A DNA stretch of 64,000 nt, from the NCBI GenBank assembly GCA_030599585.1, contig JAUVNS010000004.1, positions 1 through 64,000 on the forward strand, given 5' to 3'. This stretch comes from Promethearchaeota archaeon (GTDB lineage: Archaea; Asgardarchaeota; Lokiarchaeia; Sigyniarchaeales; SOKP01). The notes under the pieces are model-generated. The model worked only from the letters and a program-made list of their open reading frames with translations, was not told the DNA's origin and searched no databases. A program made the position numbers and the translations under genes. Shown piece after piece: positions 47,305-57,061 of the stretch. Position 1 is the first letter of the stretch. The number at the start of each line of letters is the position of its first letter.

Positions 47305-48276
47305 TTATCTTTCTTTTCCTTTAATTCCCAGATCCAGATTCTCTACTAACTCGTTAAACCTATTACGAACCGTTACCTCTGTGACTTGAGACGTCTTAGC
47401 TATTGCGCGTTGCGTCCTCCTCTCCTTAGTTATGATGCTCGCGGCATAAATAGCTGCGGCACACACTCCAGTTGGACCACGTCCAGAGGTAAGACCTCTT
47501 AGTTCAGCCATCTTGATTACTTTTTTTGCTATCTTCAGACACTCAGTGGACAATTCAAGTTCTGAAACAAAGCGAGTAAGAAAATCTAAGGGTTTAGTGG
47601 GATTTAAGTTTAGTTCTAACTCCTTTGAGATAAATCGATAAGATCGCCCTATCTCTTTTTTGTTAACACGAGCAACTTCAGCAATTTCATTTAAAGTGCG
47701 TGGTACTTTATACATTCTGCATGCAGCATATAAACTTGCAGCCGCAACTCCTTCGATACTTCTCCCCCGAATTAAGTGAGCTTCAACTGCATCTCTATAA
47801 ATCTTAGCTGAACACTCGCGGAGGTTTTTCTGAAGATCGAGACTTGACGACATTCTATCTAACTCACTTAACGCAAAGGTTAAGTTTCTTTCGGTGGCAT
47901 CTGAAACTCTAATTCGGGATTGCCACTTTCGCAAACGATATATCTGTCCTCTGATTTTGGCTGAGATCTCTTTACCAAAGATATCTTTGTTCTTCCAATC
48001 AATCATAGTGCTCAAGCCTTTGTCGTGGATCATCAACGTCATAGGAGCACCAGTTCTTGTTCTTTTCTTTCTTTGATCTGAGTCAAAAGCACGCCATTCT
48101 GGACCTTGGTCTATGTGTTTTTCAGAGTGAACTAATCCACATTTTTCACAAACTAATAAGCCTCTATTTGCATCAAATAAAATATTTTTACCGCATTCAG
48201 TACAATTATCTTGACTTAACACTGTATTTTTTTCTACGGTTGCATCGCTATGATTCCAACTTGAAATAAATAACAC
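47305..48276 (-). CDS. tfb: Transcription initiation factor IIB (start GTG 48276 or ATT 48267)
   Basis: CTECG...CEKCG Zn ribbon, GPEWRAF, HDKGLST and cyclin repeats. Confidence 0.97.
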   Translation of the reverse strand: MLFISSWNHSDATVEKNTVLSQDNCTECGKNILFDANRGLLVCEKCGLVHSEKHIDQGPEWRAFDSDQRKKRTRTGAPMTLMIHDKGLSTMIDWKNKDIFGKEISAKIRGQIYRLRKWQSRIRVSDATERNLTFALSELDRMSSSLDLQKNLRECSAKIYRDAVEAHLIRGRSIEGVAAASLYAACRMYKVPRTLNEIAEVARVNKKEIGRSYRFISKELELNLNPTKPLDFLTRFVSELELSTECLKIAKKVIKMAELRGLTSGRGPTGVCAAAIYAASIITKERRTQRAIAKTSQVTEVTVRNRFNELVENLDLGIKGKER

Positions 48277-48313
48277 CTATTAATATCTTTTTATAATGGA
48301 AATTAGAGAAAAC

Positions 48314-48565
48314 TTATCTCATTTTAGCATAAAAATTGTCATTCGGGTTAAATTCCTTCTTTGGAGAAATTTTCATCGAAATGAATGGTAGTTCTTCTGG
48401 ACCAAAGATCTCTACAATTTTTCCTATCTCGTCAAATTCTTCAGTAAAAACGGGTCTATTAGTTATTTTTTCTAAACTTTTGTTCCACTTTGTCGTTCTA
48501 AAAATCTGATGTTTTTTCGATTTTCCGAGATAGAACAGATTTAATTTATTATATTTTTGCGTAAC
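48314..48565 (-). CDS. gar1: H/ACA RNP protein Gar1/Naf1 family (not in ORF track; start codon uncertain)
   Basis: Hand translation ...PVFTEEFDEIGKIVEIFGPEELPFISMK...; usual archaeal position upstream of tfb. Confidence 0.8.
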   Translation of the reverse strand, partial: VTQKYNKLNLFYLGKSKKHQIFRTTKWNKSLEKITNRPVFTEEFDEIGKIVEIFGPEELPFISMKISPKKEFNPNDNFYAKMR

Positions 48566-48743
48566 AACGACCCTAACTAATTTTAAAACTTAGAATAGTG
48601 AATTGGTGGTTAATATTTAAATATACCCTTTATTTAAAAAGGAATATTTTAGTGTATGGTTTAGCAGTAGTGAGAATTGCTAGGTTAATTTGTGCGAATA
48701 AGAATGATAGAAAAATTCTTGGTGATCATTCTGATTTTGAAAC

Positions 48744-49844
48744 CTAAATATAGCGTTTTTGAAGGTGATATTTCGCAAGACAATCGCACGAATAATCCTT
48801 ATCACGTCTTATTAAATGGTTAATGTCTTGAGTTAAAACAAAATTTCTTAAAGATTTTATCATAACTTCATTGCATTCTCTTTTTAAACAATTATGAATT
48901 CCTCGTTTAGAACCTGCGCCCGAAGGAGACGATATGATCCTCACTTCTTTTAGTATTTCTCTTTCGTGACATGCTTTGACAATGCATTTGAACAAAGAAT
49001 AGAACCAGGGAGGACGGTATCTCTTCTGATAAAATAAATACTCAATTAGTGTATTTTTTTGGATATTGAGTGGATTAATTGAAATAGTATTTACCTTTAG
49101 TTCTGCTAATTTAAAAATAGAACTAACGCAATCGTCGATAGCTGTTTGCTCATTTAGAAATGGAGGCTTAAACAGCAAGTATGCTCTCACGCCTATATCA
49201 TTTTTTTTGCAAAGACGAATCGCTTCTAAAAAATCTTTAAAAAATAAACCTTTATTTATGTAGGTATTTCTAATGTGGTCATTAACCGTTTCCAAACCGA
49301 TTGCTACTTCTATATATATGTCTAAAGAACTTCTCATTTTTATTAATTTTTCTTGGGTGATAAAATCCACTCGAGACTCTATAACGAGCTCTTTAATCTT
49401 CGGTATCTCTGTTATTTTTTTGTATATATAATCACGAGTACTTTCAGTAATTTCATCGTCATCAAAGAAGCTCCCGGAATTATAAATTTTTAACACAAAA
49501 TCTTCCTGCTCTTCAATAATCTCCGTGAATTTTTGTTGAAAGGCGTAATCAATTTGGTTTTTTATATGTGCTTGATCGATTTTTTCAAAAGTAGAATCTT
49601 GGACATATCCACACATAGAACATCCACCATCAGGACCTAGAGCCCAACTACAGCCTTTAGTTCTTAATATAATCGTGAATTCCTTTCCCTTTTTCTTTAG
49701 TAAACGATCTTCTTTTATCCAGAAGCTTATTGGTTTATCTAATTGTTTTTCATCGTATTTATGTTTCTGTTTAATAGCCTTTGATCTAAATTTCTTTATT
49801 TTTTCAACGATGAGGTTGTTATCGCTATATTTTTTCGTAGACAT
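48744..49844 (-). CDS. Archaeosine biosynthesis radical SAM protein RaSEA
   Basis: GCSWALGPDGGCSMC, KIYNSGSFFD, AYLLFKPPFL and YRPPW; overlaps arcS. Confidence 0.9.
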   Translation of the reverse strand: MSTKKYSDNNLIVEKIKKFRSKAIKQKHKYDEKQLDKPISFWIKEDRLLKKKGKEFTIILRTKGCSWALGPDGGCSMCGYVQDSTFEKIDQAHIKNQIDYAFQQKFTEIIEEQEDFVLKIYNSGSFFDDDEITESTRDYIYKKITEIPKIKELVIESRVDFITQEKLIKMRSSLDIYIEVAIGLETVNDHIRNTYINKGLFFKDFLEAIRLCKKNDIGVRAYLLFKPPFLNEQTAIDDCVSSIFKLAELKVNTISINPLNIQKNTLIEYLFYQKRYRPPWFYSLFKCIVKACHEREILKEVRIISSPSGAGSKRGIHNCLKRECNEVMIKSLRNFVLTQDINHLIRRDKDYSCDCLAKYHLQKRYI

Positions 49845-51912
49845 TTATGATTTTCCCTGTTTTTGAATTTTTTATATAATTAGATCCAACGATTAAGCTT
49901 CCTAATCCTATAATTTTTTCTTTAGTTTTATCAAAAATCACTACAACATCTTTTGGAACGAGGCTTGGACTAAAACTAACTATCCCTGGGCGAAATAAGG
50001 TATTTCCATTAATTTTTTGACCATCAAAAACAATATAATTCGAATTTTCGCTAAAAGGCAACATTCTATTTGCCCCTTTAAGATTTAATTCTATTTGTCC
50101 AGAATTAACATTAAATTTTCCAAGTTTTTCTCGAGTTAACAAGTCGCTTATTTCTATTTGATGACTTCTTTTGTTTCTCCACGTTTTAATTCCATTGTAA
50201 AATATTTTGTTGCCTGTATTAAGTCCAAATTGATAATCAATAATTTTAAAAAACTTACGAGTTAAAGTTTTTAGGAAGTTTTTATTTTCAGGAATAACAT
50301 CACCTATACTGTATGAATCTTTAAGTTCGCTTATTTTCTCCTCTAGAGAAAGCAAAGATTCATTGCTCGTAAGATTTTTCTTAACCTCAGTAAAGTAGAT
50401 TTTATTCTTTATTTTTGAACGAGCGTTTTCAATAATTTTAAAGTATCCTGAATCTTTTACGTGACACAATATAGGTATCCTCTCGTCAAACTTTTCCAAA
50501 AGGGAGATAAGCATATCTGAAGCAATAGCAATTTCTTCGTTATCCCATTCCCCGGTAACAGAAATATCATACGAATTCACGGGATATATATCTTCTAGTT
50601 GTCTTGGAATAGCCCCTAAAGGAGATGTTAAAATGATTTCTTGGAAATCAGGAAAATCACGATACTTCCTTATTACGGTATGAAATTTTTGATGAGATCT
50701 TGACTCAGAGTATGGTTTCTTCGCAGAACATGGTAGTATAATGATCAACTTTGTCCATGATTCAGGCGTGAATCTTTTAATCAATCTCTCCCGAAACCCT
50801 TGGAAATCTTGTCTATTATACGATAATGCTCCATGACAATTAATAACTTTATTTGTTTGAGTTAATGGGGTTTCATATTTCAAAATGTTGAAATATTGGT
50901 TATCAAGCACTCTCAATGTAGAAATTATATTCATGTCGTCAAATGAGGATTTTTCAATAAAACCCCGGAAATCTTCCATTCTCAGATACAATTTGATTTT
51001 ATTCATGTAAGTGAATGCTGAGATAATATTGTGAAGAGTTAGTTGTTCTGTTTTTTCAGAAGAATATTTGTCAGTTAGACTATGCTTTAAATTCCTCTTA
51101 CAAATCGTACATGGGCACGGAAAATACTTAATCTTATAAATTGGAAGTAGATATTCGATTGTATCGTAGAAATTTTCAGCAGATAAATATAATAAGTAAG
51201 AACTATCGATTAGGTCGATTCCTAAGTATACCAAGATCGGATAAAATTTCGGAATAATTCTCCCCGAAACCATTAATACTAAATTATTATCGAGCTCTTG
51301 TTTGATTTTAAATATGACTTTTAATATGTTCCTGAAATTACTAAAATTGTCAAAGATATCTACTAAATTTATTATTCTAACATTTTTATTGTTCTTAATT
51401 AGAGGAATGTATAGATCAAATAGTTCATAATAATCATAAATTTTAACAGATAAACCAAAATCTAAATTGCTATGTTGTTGTAAGATCTGATTAGATTCTT
51501 CTATAAAAATCTTAATTTCCTCTTCAGCAAATTCTTTATTTATAACTGTTGTTGGAATATTGAATGGAATGGAAGGGATAATGTTGTCTTCTGTAAAAAT
51601 GTCAATATTAGAAGTTAATATTCCCTTAAAAGATTCCATTGAACCATTATGCGTATAGATAAAGCCAGTCTTTTTAAATTTGTCTCGTAAGAATCCAATT
51701 TTCAAATAGAAGTCTTTTAAAATTAAAAAAATCTCATGATCTTCAAATTCCTCAAGAAAATTTAAATCGTTCATTAAACTTTTTTTCATCGGAATAATTA
51801 TGTTTGGGGTTGAAATAAACCTTTTAGATTCTTTCGAACAGACAATTCTGCCTATTCTTGAAAACCCTACACCTTTTGTAATTAATTCAAAAAAATAATT
51901 CATACTTTCCAA
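49825..51912 (-). CDS. arcS: Archaeosine synthase subunit alpha (TgtA2)
   Basis: TGT-like N-terminus with CPC..C, LPCSAKKPYS.SRSH, TSPLG.IPR and C-terminal PUA domain. Confidence 0.88.
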   Translation of the reverse strand: MESMNYFFELITKGVGFSRIGRIVCSKESKRFISTPNIIIPMKKSLMNDLNFLEEFEDHEIFLILKDFYLKIGFLRDKFKKTGFIYTHNGSMESFKGILTSNIDIFTEDNIIPSIPFNIPTTVINKEFAEEEIKIFIEESNQILQQHSNLDFGLSVKIYDYYELFDLYIPLIKNNKNVRIINLVDIFDNFSNFRNILKVIFKIKQELDNNLVLMVSGRIIPKFYPILVYLGIDLIDSSYLLYLSAENFYDTIEYLLPIYKIKYFPCPCTICKRNLKHSLTDKYSSEKTEQLTLHNIISAFTYMNKIKLYLRMEDFRGFIEKSSFDDMNIISTLRVLDNQYFNILKYETPLTQTNKVINCHGALSYNRQDFQGFRERLIKRFTPESWTKLIIILPCSAKKPYSESRSHQKFHTVIRKYRDFPDFQEIILTSPLGAIPRQLEDIYPVNSYDISVTGEWDNEEIAIASDMLISLLEKFDERIPILCHVKDSGYFKIIENARSKIKNKIYFTEVKKNLTSNESLLSLEEKISELKDSYSIGDVIPENKNFLKTLTRKFFKIIDYQFGLNTGNKIFYNGIKTWRNKRSHQIEISDLLTREKLGKFNVNSGQIELNLKGANRMLPFSENSNYIVFDGQKINGNTLFRPGIVSFSPSLVPKDVVVIFDKTKEKIIGLGSLIVGSNYIKNSKTGKIINVYEKI

Positions 51913-52024
51913 TTAGAAGTATTATCCTTTTGTAATTAAATTAATTTATTTCGCCATTTTAAAACAAATCCGCAATCTAGCTTTGCTTATCATACGATCA
52001 ACAAGTTAATTAAGGAAAGTAGCT

Positions 52025-52612
52025 TTAACAAGGTTCAACTTTATAATCTCCTCGTTTATACATTTCAAATAAGATTTCAGCTTCATGAATTGCGTCATCC
52101 ACTGCTCTATGTTTTTCAATATAGCTCGTATTAGGGAATATATTATCCCAGGCTTCTTGCATTTTTGGATTTTTATAACCTCCTCTTGAACGCATAATTT
52201 TACATACCTCTTTAGCAACTGCCATAATATCTGGGATATCCTTTTTTATAATAAAGCCTCTAGATTCCATATATCCAAAATCAAATGCTGTGTTATACGC
52301 AGTTAATGAATATTGATCTAAAATTTCTTGAATTTGTTTTTTAACATGGTTTAAACTAGGTGCGTCCTCAATATCTTCGAATTTCAAATCAGAGTTATTG
52401 AAAATCCAAGCGTTTCTGTGCGATTCTCCAAAAGGTAATTCTTTTACCAACGAATCAAATAATATTCGAGTTGTTCCAGTTACTAAATCAAGCTCAACAA
52501 TACCTATCTCAATTATACACCCTTCTTTTTTGATTTTAGTTGTTTCTATATCAATAACAGCAATTTTTTTAGAATTAGGCTTTTTAACAAAGTCATTAAT
52601 ATCTCGAAAAAT
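52025..52612 (-). CDS. DEDDh 3'-5' exonuclease (probable ATT start 52612)
   Basis: ExoI IDIETT lies upstream of the track's TTG; AYNTAFD and HRAVDDA; SD GGGAGGAG 6 nt before ATT. Confidence 0.9.
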   Translation of the reverse strand: MFRDINDFVKKPNSKKIAVIDIETTKIKKEGCIIEIGIVELDLVTGTTRILFDSLVKELPFGESHRNAWIFNNSDLKFEDIEDAPSLNHVKKQIQEILDQYSLTAYNTAFDFGYMESRGFIIKKDIPDIMAVAKEVCKIMRSRGGYKNPKMQEAWDNIFPNTSYIEKHRAVDDAIHEAEILFEMYKRGDYKVEPC

Positions 52613-52753
52613 ATGAAACTCCTCCCAAAGATATGATTTTTTTTAATCTATACTATTGATATTAATCTTAATAAAAAAAATGTAATTGAAATGAAATATA
52701 AATCATTAGAGAGTGATTACTAAAGCGATTTTGATCTAAAACTTACACACGAT

Positions 52754-53725
52754 CTAATAAATAACAAAATTTGTATAAGTCTTAAGTTCATCTAGAACAA
52801 AACTGGTAAAAGTATCCTCAATTTCATCGGATTGATATAAAATTTTTATGAATTCTGCGTAATCATCGACCTTTTTTACACGAACTATCGCAAATAAACC
52901 ATGTTGTTCCCCTATCCTGAAAAGATCGGTTATAAAGCTATTTTTTTCTAAATTTAAGGCAATTTCATTATACCTTGAAGGATCCTTGGGTTTAATTCTT
53001 ACGAGATATTTACCTCTAAATCCAATTTTTTTAGGACAAAAGTTAAGCGTATAATTAAGAATTACGTTATTTTTTTCAAGCTTTTTAATTCTGTTATGAA
53101 TTGTAGATTGGGAGATTTCTTGTAAAAAATCTTTGTACTTCTCTTTAATTATATCTTTAATCTCGTATGTCGAGATTGGTTTTATACTCTGGTTTTCTTG
53201 CATTATTTTTAAGATTACATAATCGATGCTATCAATTTCGAAATTGGGATCAATTTTATTGACATTTAACTCAATTCCATTAGTTTTGAACACTTTAATT
53301 GTCTCAATTATTTGGTATTTCTTAAAATATGATTGAGCCATTATTGTATCTATTATACTTAAAACCTGGTAATACTCCTCAGATGAATGAAAAATGAGTA
53401 AAGCAAATAGAGAATATTCCCCTAAAACTCCATCAAGAATTTTTAATTGAGAGATTTTTAACAAATTTTCCAAAAGTTCTGGTTCGTTAGGGTTGGTTTT
53501 AATCTCTAGCAATACATACTTTAAATTAATGGGAAGAATATTCGGATTAATATTGATTGTGAAATTACTAATTATTTTTTGACCCCTCAGAATATCAAGT
53601 TTATTCTGGTAAGTTTGTCTAGAGAGACCCAACGCGCGGGAATTTTTCGATATTACAAACTTGGTTTTACCTGTTAGATTTTTAATGAAGTGGTGGGCCT
53701 CCACTAAATATTTACTATTCTGCAT
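52754..53725 (-). CDS. Tandem (double) Lrp/AsnC-family transcriptional regulator
   Basis: Two HTH-RAM units (LGLSRQTYQNKL; ISQSTIHNRIKKLE); divergent from ahcY. Confidence 0.82.
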   Translation of the reverse strand: MQNSKYLVEAHHFIKNLTGKTKFVISKNSRALGLSRQTYQNKLDILRGQKIISNFTININPNILPINLKYVLLEIKTNPNEPELLENLLKISQLKILDGVLGEYSLFALLIFHSSEEYYQVLSIIDTIMAQSYFKKYQIIETIKVFKTNGIELNVNKIDPNFEIDSIDYVILKIMQENQSIKPISTYEIKDIIKEKYKDFLQEISQSTIHNRIKKLEKNNVILNYTLNFCPKKIGFRGKYLVRIKPKDPSRYNEIALNLEKNSFITDLFRIGEQHGLFAIVRVKKVDDYAEFIKILYQSDEIEDTFTSFVLDELKTYTNFVIY

Positions 53726-53864
53726 AATATAACAATTTTGCACTTTTCTTCGGTAATATTAATTAAATGTTAAATAGATTTTAATTAAACTTTTGCCTTT
53801 AACCAAAAAAAGATTTATTAATTAATTAAAATTTATCTTCTTACAAAAAAGAAAATGATTTATT

Positions 53865-55133
53865 ATGGTAAATTATAAAGTTGCAGATGAAAACTTAGCT
53901 GGAAAAGGCAAAGAAGCGATATACATCGCTGAATCTAGAATGCCTGTTTCTGCTATAACAATTCGAGAACGATTCGCTAAGGAAAGACCTTTAGAAGGAA
54001 TCACAATTGCGGGCTGTCTTCATATCACAAAAGAAACTGCAAATCTTGCCAGAACTTTAAAGGCAGGAGGCGCCGATGTTTGGTTATGTGGAAGTAATCC
54101 CCTATCAACTCAAGATGATGTAGCGGCAGCTATGGTTAAAGAAGGAATTAATACATTTGCGTGGCATGGTAATACCGATGAGGAATTTTACTGGTGTATT
54201 CGAGAGTGTTTAAAAGCTAAACCAAATATCCTTATTGATGATGGTGCTGATATGATCGTTACAGCACATAAAGAATTTCCTGAACTAATTACGGATGGTG
54301 TAATAATCGGATGTCAAGAAGAAACTACTACAGGGGTAAAAAGATTCAGAGCAATGGATGCCGCTGGCGATCTAAAAGTCCCATTATTTCCTGTAAATGA
54401 TGCCCGATGTAAAAATCAATTCGATAACGAGTTAGGTACAGGACAAGGAATTGTTGCTGCCATCTATGGGATGCACGTACTTTTCGCAGGAAAAAATGTA
54501 GTAATAGCGGGATATGGCCATTGTTCTTCAGGAATGGCCCTTAGAGCACGAGGTTTGGGTGCCAATGTTACAGTGACTGAAATTGATCCGATAAAAGCTC
54601 TTCAAGCTAAATTTGCTGGTTTTAATGTTATGCCTATAGAAACAGCATTGCCTTATGCGGATATTATCTTAACTGCTACGGGTTGTAAGCACGTAATATT
54701 ACCTACCAAAGAGAATTTTGACGCTTTAAAGGATGGCGTCATTTTAGGCAATTTAGGACATTTCGACATTGAGATCCCAACCAAGGAGATTTATGAGTAT
54801 GCTAAGGAAATCAAACCTATAAGAAGTGATGTAGAAGAAATCACCTTTCCTGATGGCAAAAGAATATATCTGCTTGCTAAAGGAAGACTGGCTAATTTAG
54901 TTCTTTCTGAAGGTCACCCTGCAGAAGTCATGGATATGTCATTTGGCTTACAATCTCTCATGTCTGAATACATCGTTAAAAACAAAGATTCATTGAAACC
55001 TGGAATGGTAGAGGTTCCCGTTGAAATTGACGATAGAGTTGGATTCTTGAAACTTCAAGCAATGGGTATAGAAATAGATAAGCTCAATGAAGAACAATAT
55101 AACTACATCCACGGCTACGAACAAGGAACTTAA
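53865..55133 (+). CDS. ahcY: Adenosylhomocysteinase
   Basis: GSNPLSTQD, EETTTGV, GRLANL and GHPAEVMDMSF. Confidence 0.97.
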   Translation: MVNYKVADENLAGKGKEAIYIAESRMPVSAITIRERFAKERPLEGITIAGCLHITKETANLARTLKAGGADVWLCGSNPLSTQDDVAAAMVKEGINTFAWHGNTDEEFYWCIRECLKAKPNILIDDGADMIVTAHKEFPELITDGVIIGCQEETTTGVKRFRAMDAAGDLKVPLFPVNDARCKNQFDNELGTGQGIVAAIYGMHVLFAGKNVVIAGYGHCSSGMALRARGLGANVTVTEIDPIKALQAKFAGFNVMPIETALPYADIILTATGCKHVILPTKENFDALKDGVILGNLGHFDIEIPTKEIYEYAKEIKPIRSDVEEITFPDGKRIYLLAKGRLANLVLSEGHPAEVMDMSFGLQSLMSEYIVKNKDSLKPGMVEVPVEIDDRVGFLKLQAMGIEIDKLNEEQYNYIHGYEQGT

Positions 55134-55202
55134 AAACGCTCTAAATTTTAATATTTTTTAAAAACTTTTCAATTTTTCTTATTTCTTTTATTATTCTATT
55201 GT

Positions 55203-56243
55203 TCAGGCTTTAGGATTCAAAATATCACTAGCTGAAGCATCGTTGTAGATTTCTTTTGCCAAATTTTTTAATCCCTCTAAACCAATAGGTTCTTCTTTAA
55301 GTCTATTAGACTCCCATATTTTTTCATTTTTAAACTCGCTTTTAATCTCAACTAAATATCGCTGCTGAATTGAGGAAATTTGACCACAAAAGTCGCACTT
55401 CTTCGCATGTTTCTTAGGAATTATCATGTTGATATGAATGGCATCAAGGTTAATATATCTATTTGTTAAATCTCTTGCTCGTTTGACTTCTTCAAAGCTT
55501 GGTTTCTCAGCAATTGAAACTAGTCTTAATGATCCTACGGTATGGATCAATTCTGAGATTCTCTCACCACGGTTCTCCAAAGCAACCATCATATTAAAAA
55601 TATCTTTACCTAGTTCTTTTCTTTTTTCGTAATCATCATCAAAAGGTTTAAAAAGTTGTCTAAACATCTTTGAAAAATTCTGCATCGCCCCTTTAATAGA
55701 ATTATAGAAATTTAATGAATATTTTAGGACAACTTTGACCTGATCCTCTGGGATTTCAAAAAGAGTGATCATGTTAGCAGTCGGAGGAAAATCAGCTATA
55801 ATGATATCAAATTGTAAATCTTGAGAATTATTGTCCTCTGCATCTAAGATTTTTTGAAAAAACATGGCATTTTTTAAAGCCAAGGGTATAGAATCTGAAG
55901 TAAAAGTAGTATCAATAAATTCCTCAATTTGTGGGATTCTACCAACTAAAGGCATCTGCTTCATAAGAGTTTTCATCTTATTAACTAAATCCTTAGTATA
56001 AATTTCAGCGTATACATTTGCATCGGGTTCAATCGCCCACAAATTACTCGTAATAGGTGTAATTGTGTTTCCTATATCTTTTGATAGGAGATCTGATAAA
56101 TTATGAGCCATATCAAAAGAAATGAGAAGCAACTTCTTTTCTGGTAATAAATCCGATAATAATACTGCAGTCGCAGCACTTATGCTGCTTTTCCCGACTC
56201 CACCTTTCCCACCTAAAACTAATATTTTCTCTATCATTGCCAA
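55203..56243 (-). CDS. ArsA/Get3 (TRC40)-family ATPase
   Basis: GGKGGVGKSS, DMAHNLSD, DFPPTAN, CDFC and EPIGLEGL. Confidence 0.88.
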   Translation of the reverse strand: MAMIEKILVLGGKGGVGKSSISAATAVLLSDLLPEKKLLLISFDMAHNLSDLLSKDIGNTITPITSNLWAIEPDANVYAEIYTKDLVNKMKTLMKQMPLVGRIPQIEEFIDTTFTSDSIPLALKNAMFFQKILDAEDNNSQDLQFDIIIADFPPTANMITLFEIPEDQVKVVLKYSLNFYNSIKGAMQNFSKMFRQLFKPFDDDYEKRKELGKDIFNMMVALENRGERISELIHTVGSLRLVSIAEKPSFEEVKRARDLTNRYINLDAIHINMIIPKKHAKKCDFCGQISSIQQRYLVEIKSEFKNEKIWESNRLKEEPIGLEGLKNLAKEIYNDASASDILNPKA

Positions 56244-56342
56244 TAATAAGATTTGTTGTTATTCAAAATTAGAAATTAAATATCATAAATAATGATATTT
56301 ATTTAATCCATAATTCAAGAATTTTAGTAATTCGACATCAAA

Positions 56343-56525
56343 TTATTGATTATTTTTAGGGAAAAAAACTAACCTCCCAGAAATAGAGGGTTGGTCAGCA
56401 TTCTTATTTTCCTCGAAATAAAAATAAAATCTCCCAATATCAGTATTGATTCGGTATTTCGTTCTTTTTTTTGCATTTTTTGCAAAAATTTCCCTTACTA
56501 GTTTTCCGTTCCAGTAAAGACTCAT
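56343..56525 (-). CDS. Small hypothetical protein (frame open upstream to about 56636)
   Basis: 60-aa ORF upstream of arsA; no motif. Confidence 0.35.
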   Translation of the reverse strand: MSLYWNGKLVREIFAKNAKKRTKYRINTDIGRFYFYFEENKNADQPSISGRLVFFPKNNQ

Positions 56526-56739
56526 GCAAGTAAAATTATAATCATGAAATAAAAAATCACATTTTATGGAGATAATATAACTATGAAGGTCAATTCTTAT
56601 TTTATTCTTAAATTGACAAAAGATAAATCTAATAAATTATTCTTATAAACTAGTCATCAATAAAATTTTGATTATTTATTACAAATTAAATTTCCAATTC
56701 ATATTATTACATTAAAATATTAATCGAATAAGTAAATTT

Positions 56740-56781
56740 TTCAATAAATATCGTAAATTATTCAATAAATATCGTAAATTA
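56740..56781. repeat. Perfect 21-bp tandem repeat x2 in an extremely AT-rich intergenic region
   Basis: TTCAATAAATATCGTAAATTA at 56740-56760 and 56761-56781. Confidence 0.93.
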
Positions 56782-57061
56782 AACAAATTAATCAAGTAAA
56801 TCAATCAAAAAAAAAAATCAATCAAAGAATTAAATTAAAATTATTATTCAAACTTATAACGATATACAGGAAGTATACCTAATTCAAGCTTAATAAAGGT
56901 AAACAAAACAATTCCAAAAGATTAAGTATTCAAGATCTTGGTTAGAAATAATCAATTTAACCGTAGGTCTTATCCATTAGTTGGATTTTACTTCTTTTTA
57001 TAAGTTTATAATTAATTTTGATTCTTTGATAAAATCAAATATTAAAAAGAAAAAAGGAGTG

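Noticed and set aside
48744-51912. arcS-RaSEA pair as a novel system
   Set aside because: Matches the established archaeosine pathway.
56490-57050. Replication origin
   Set aside because: No convincing ORB repeats and no cdc6/orc1 gene nearby.
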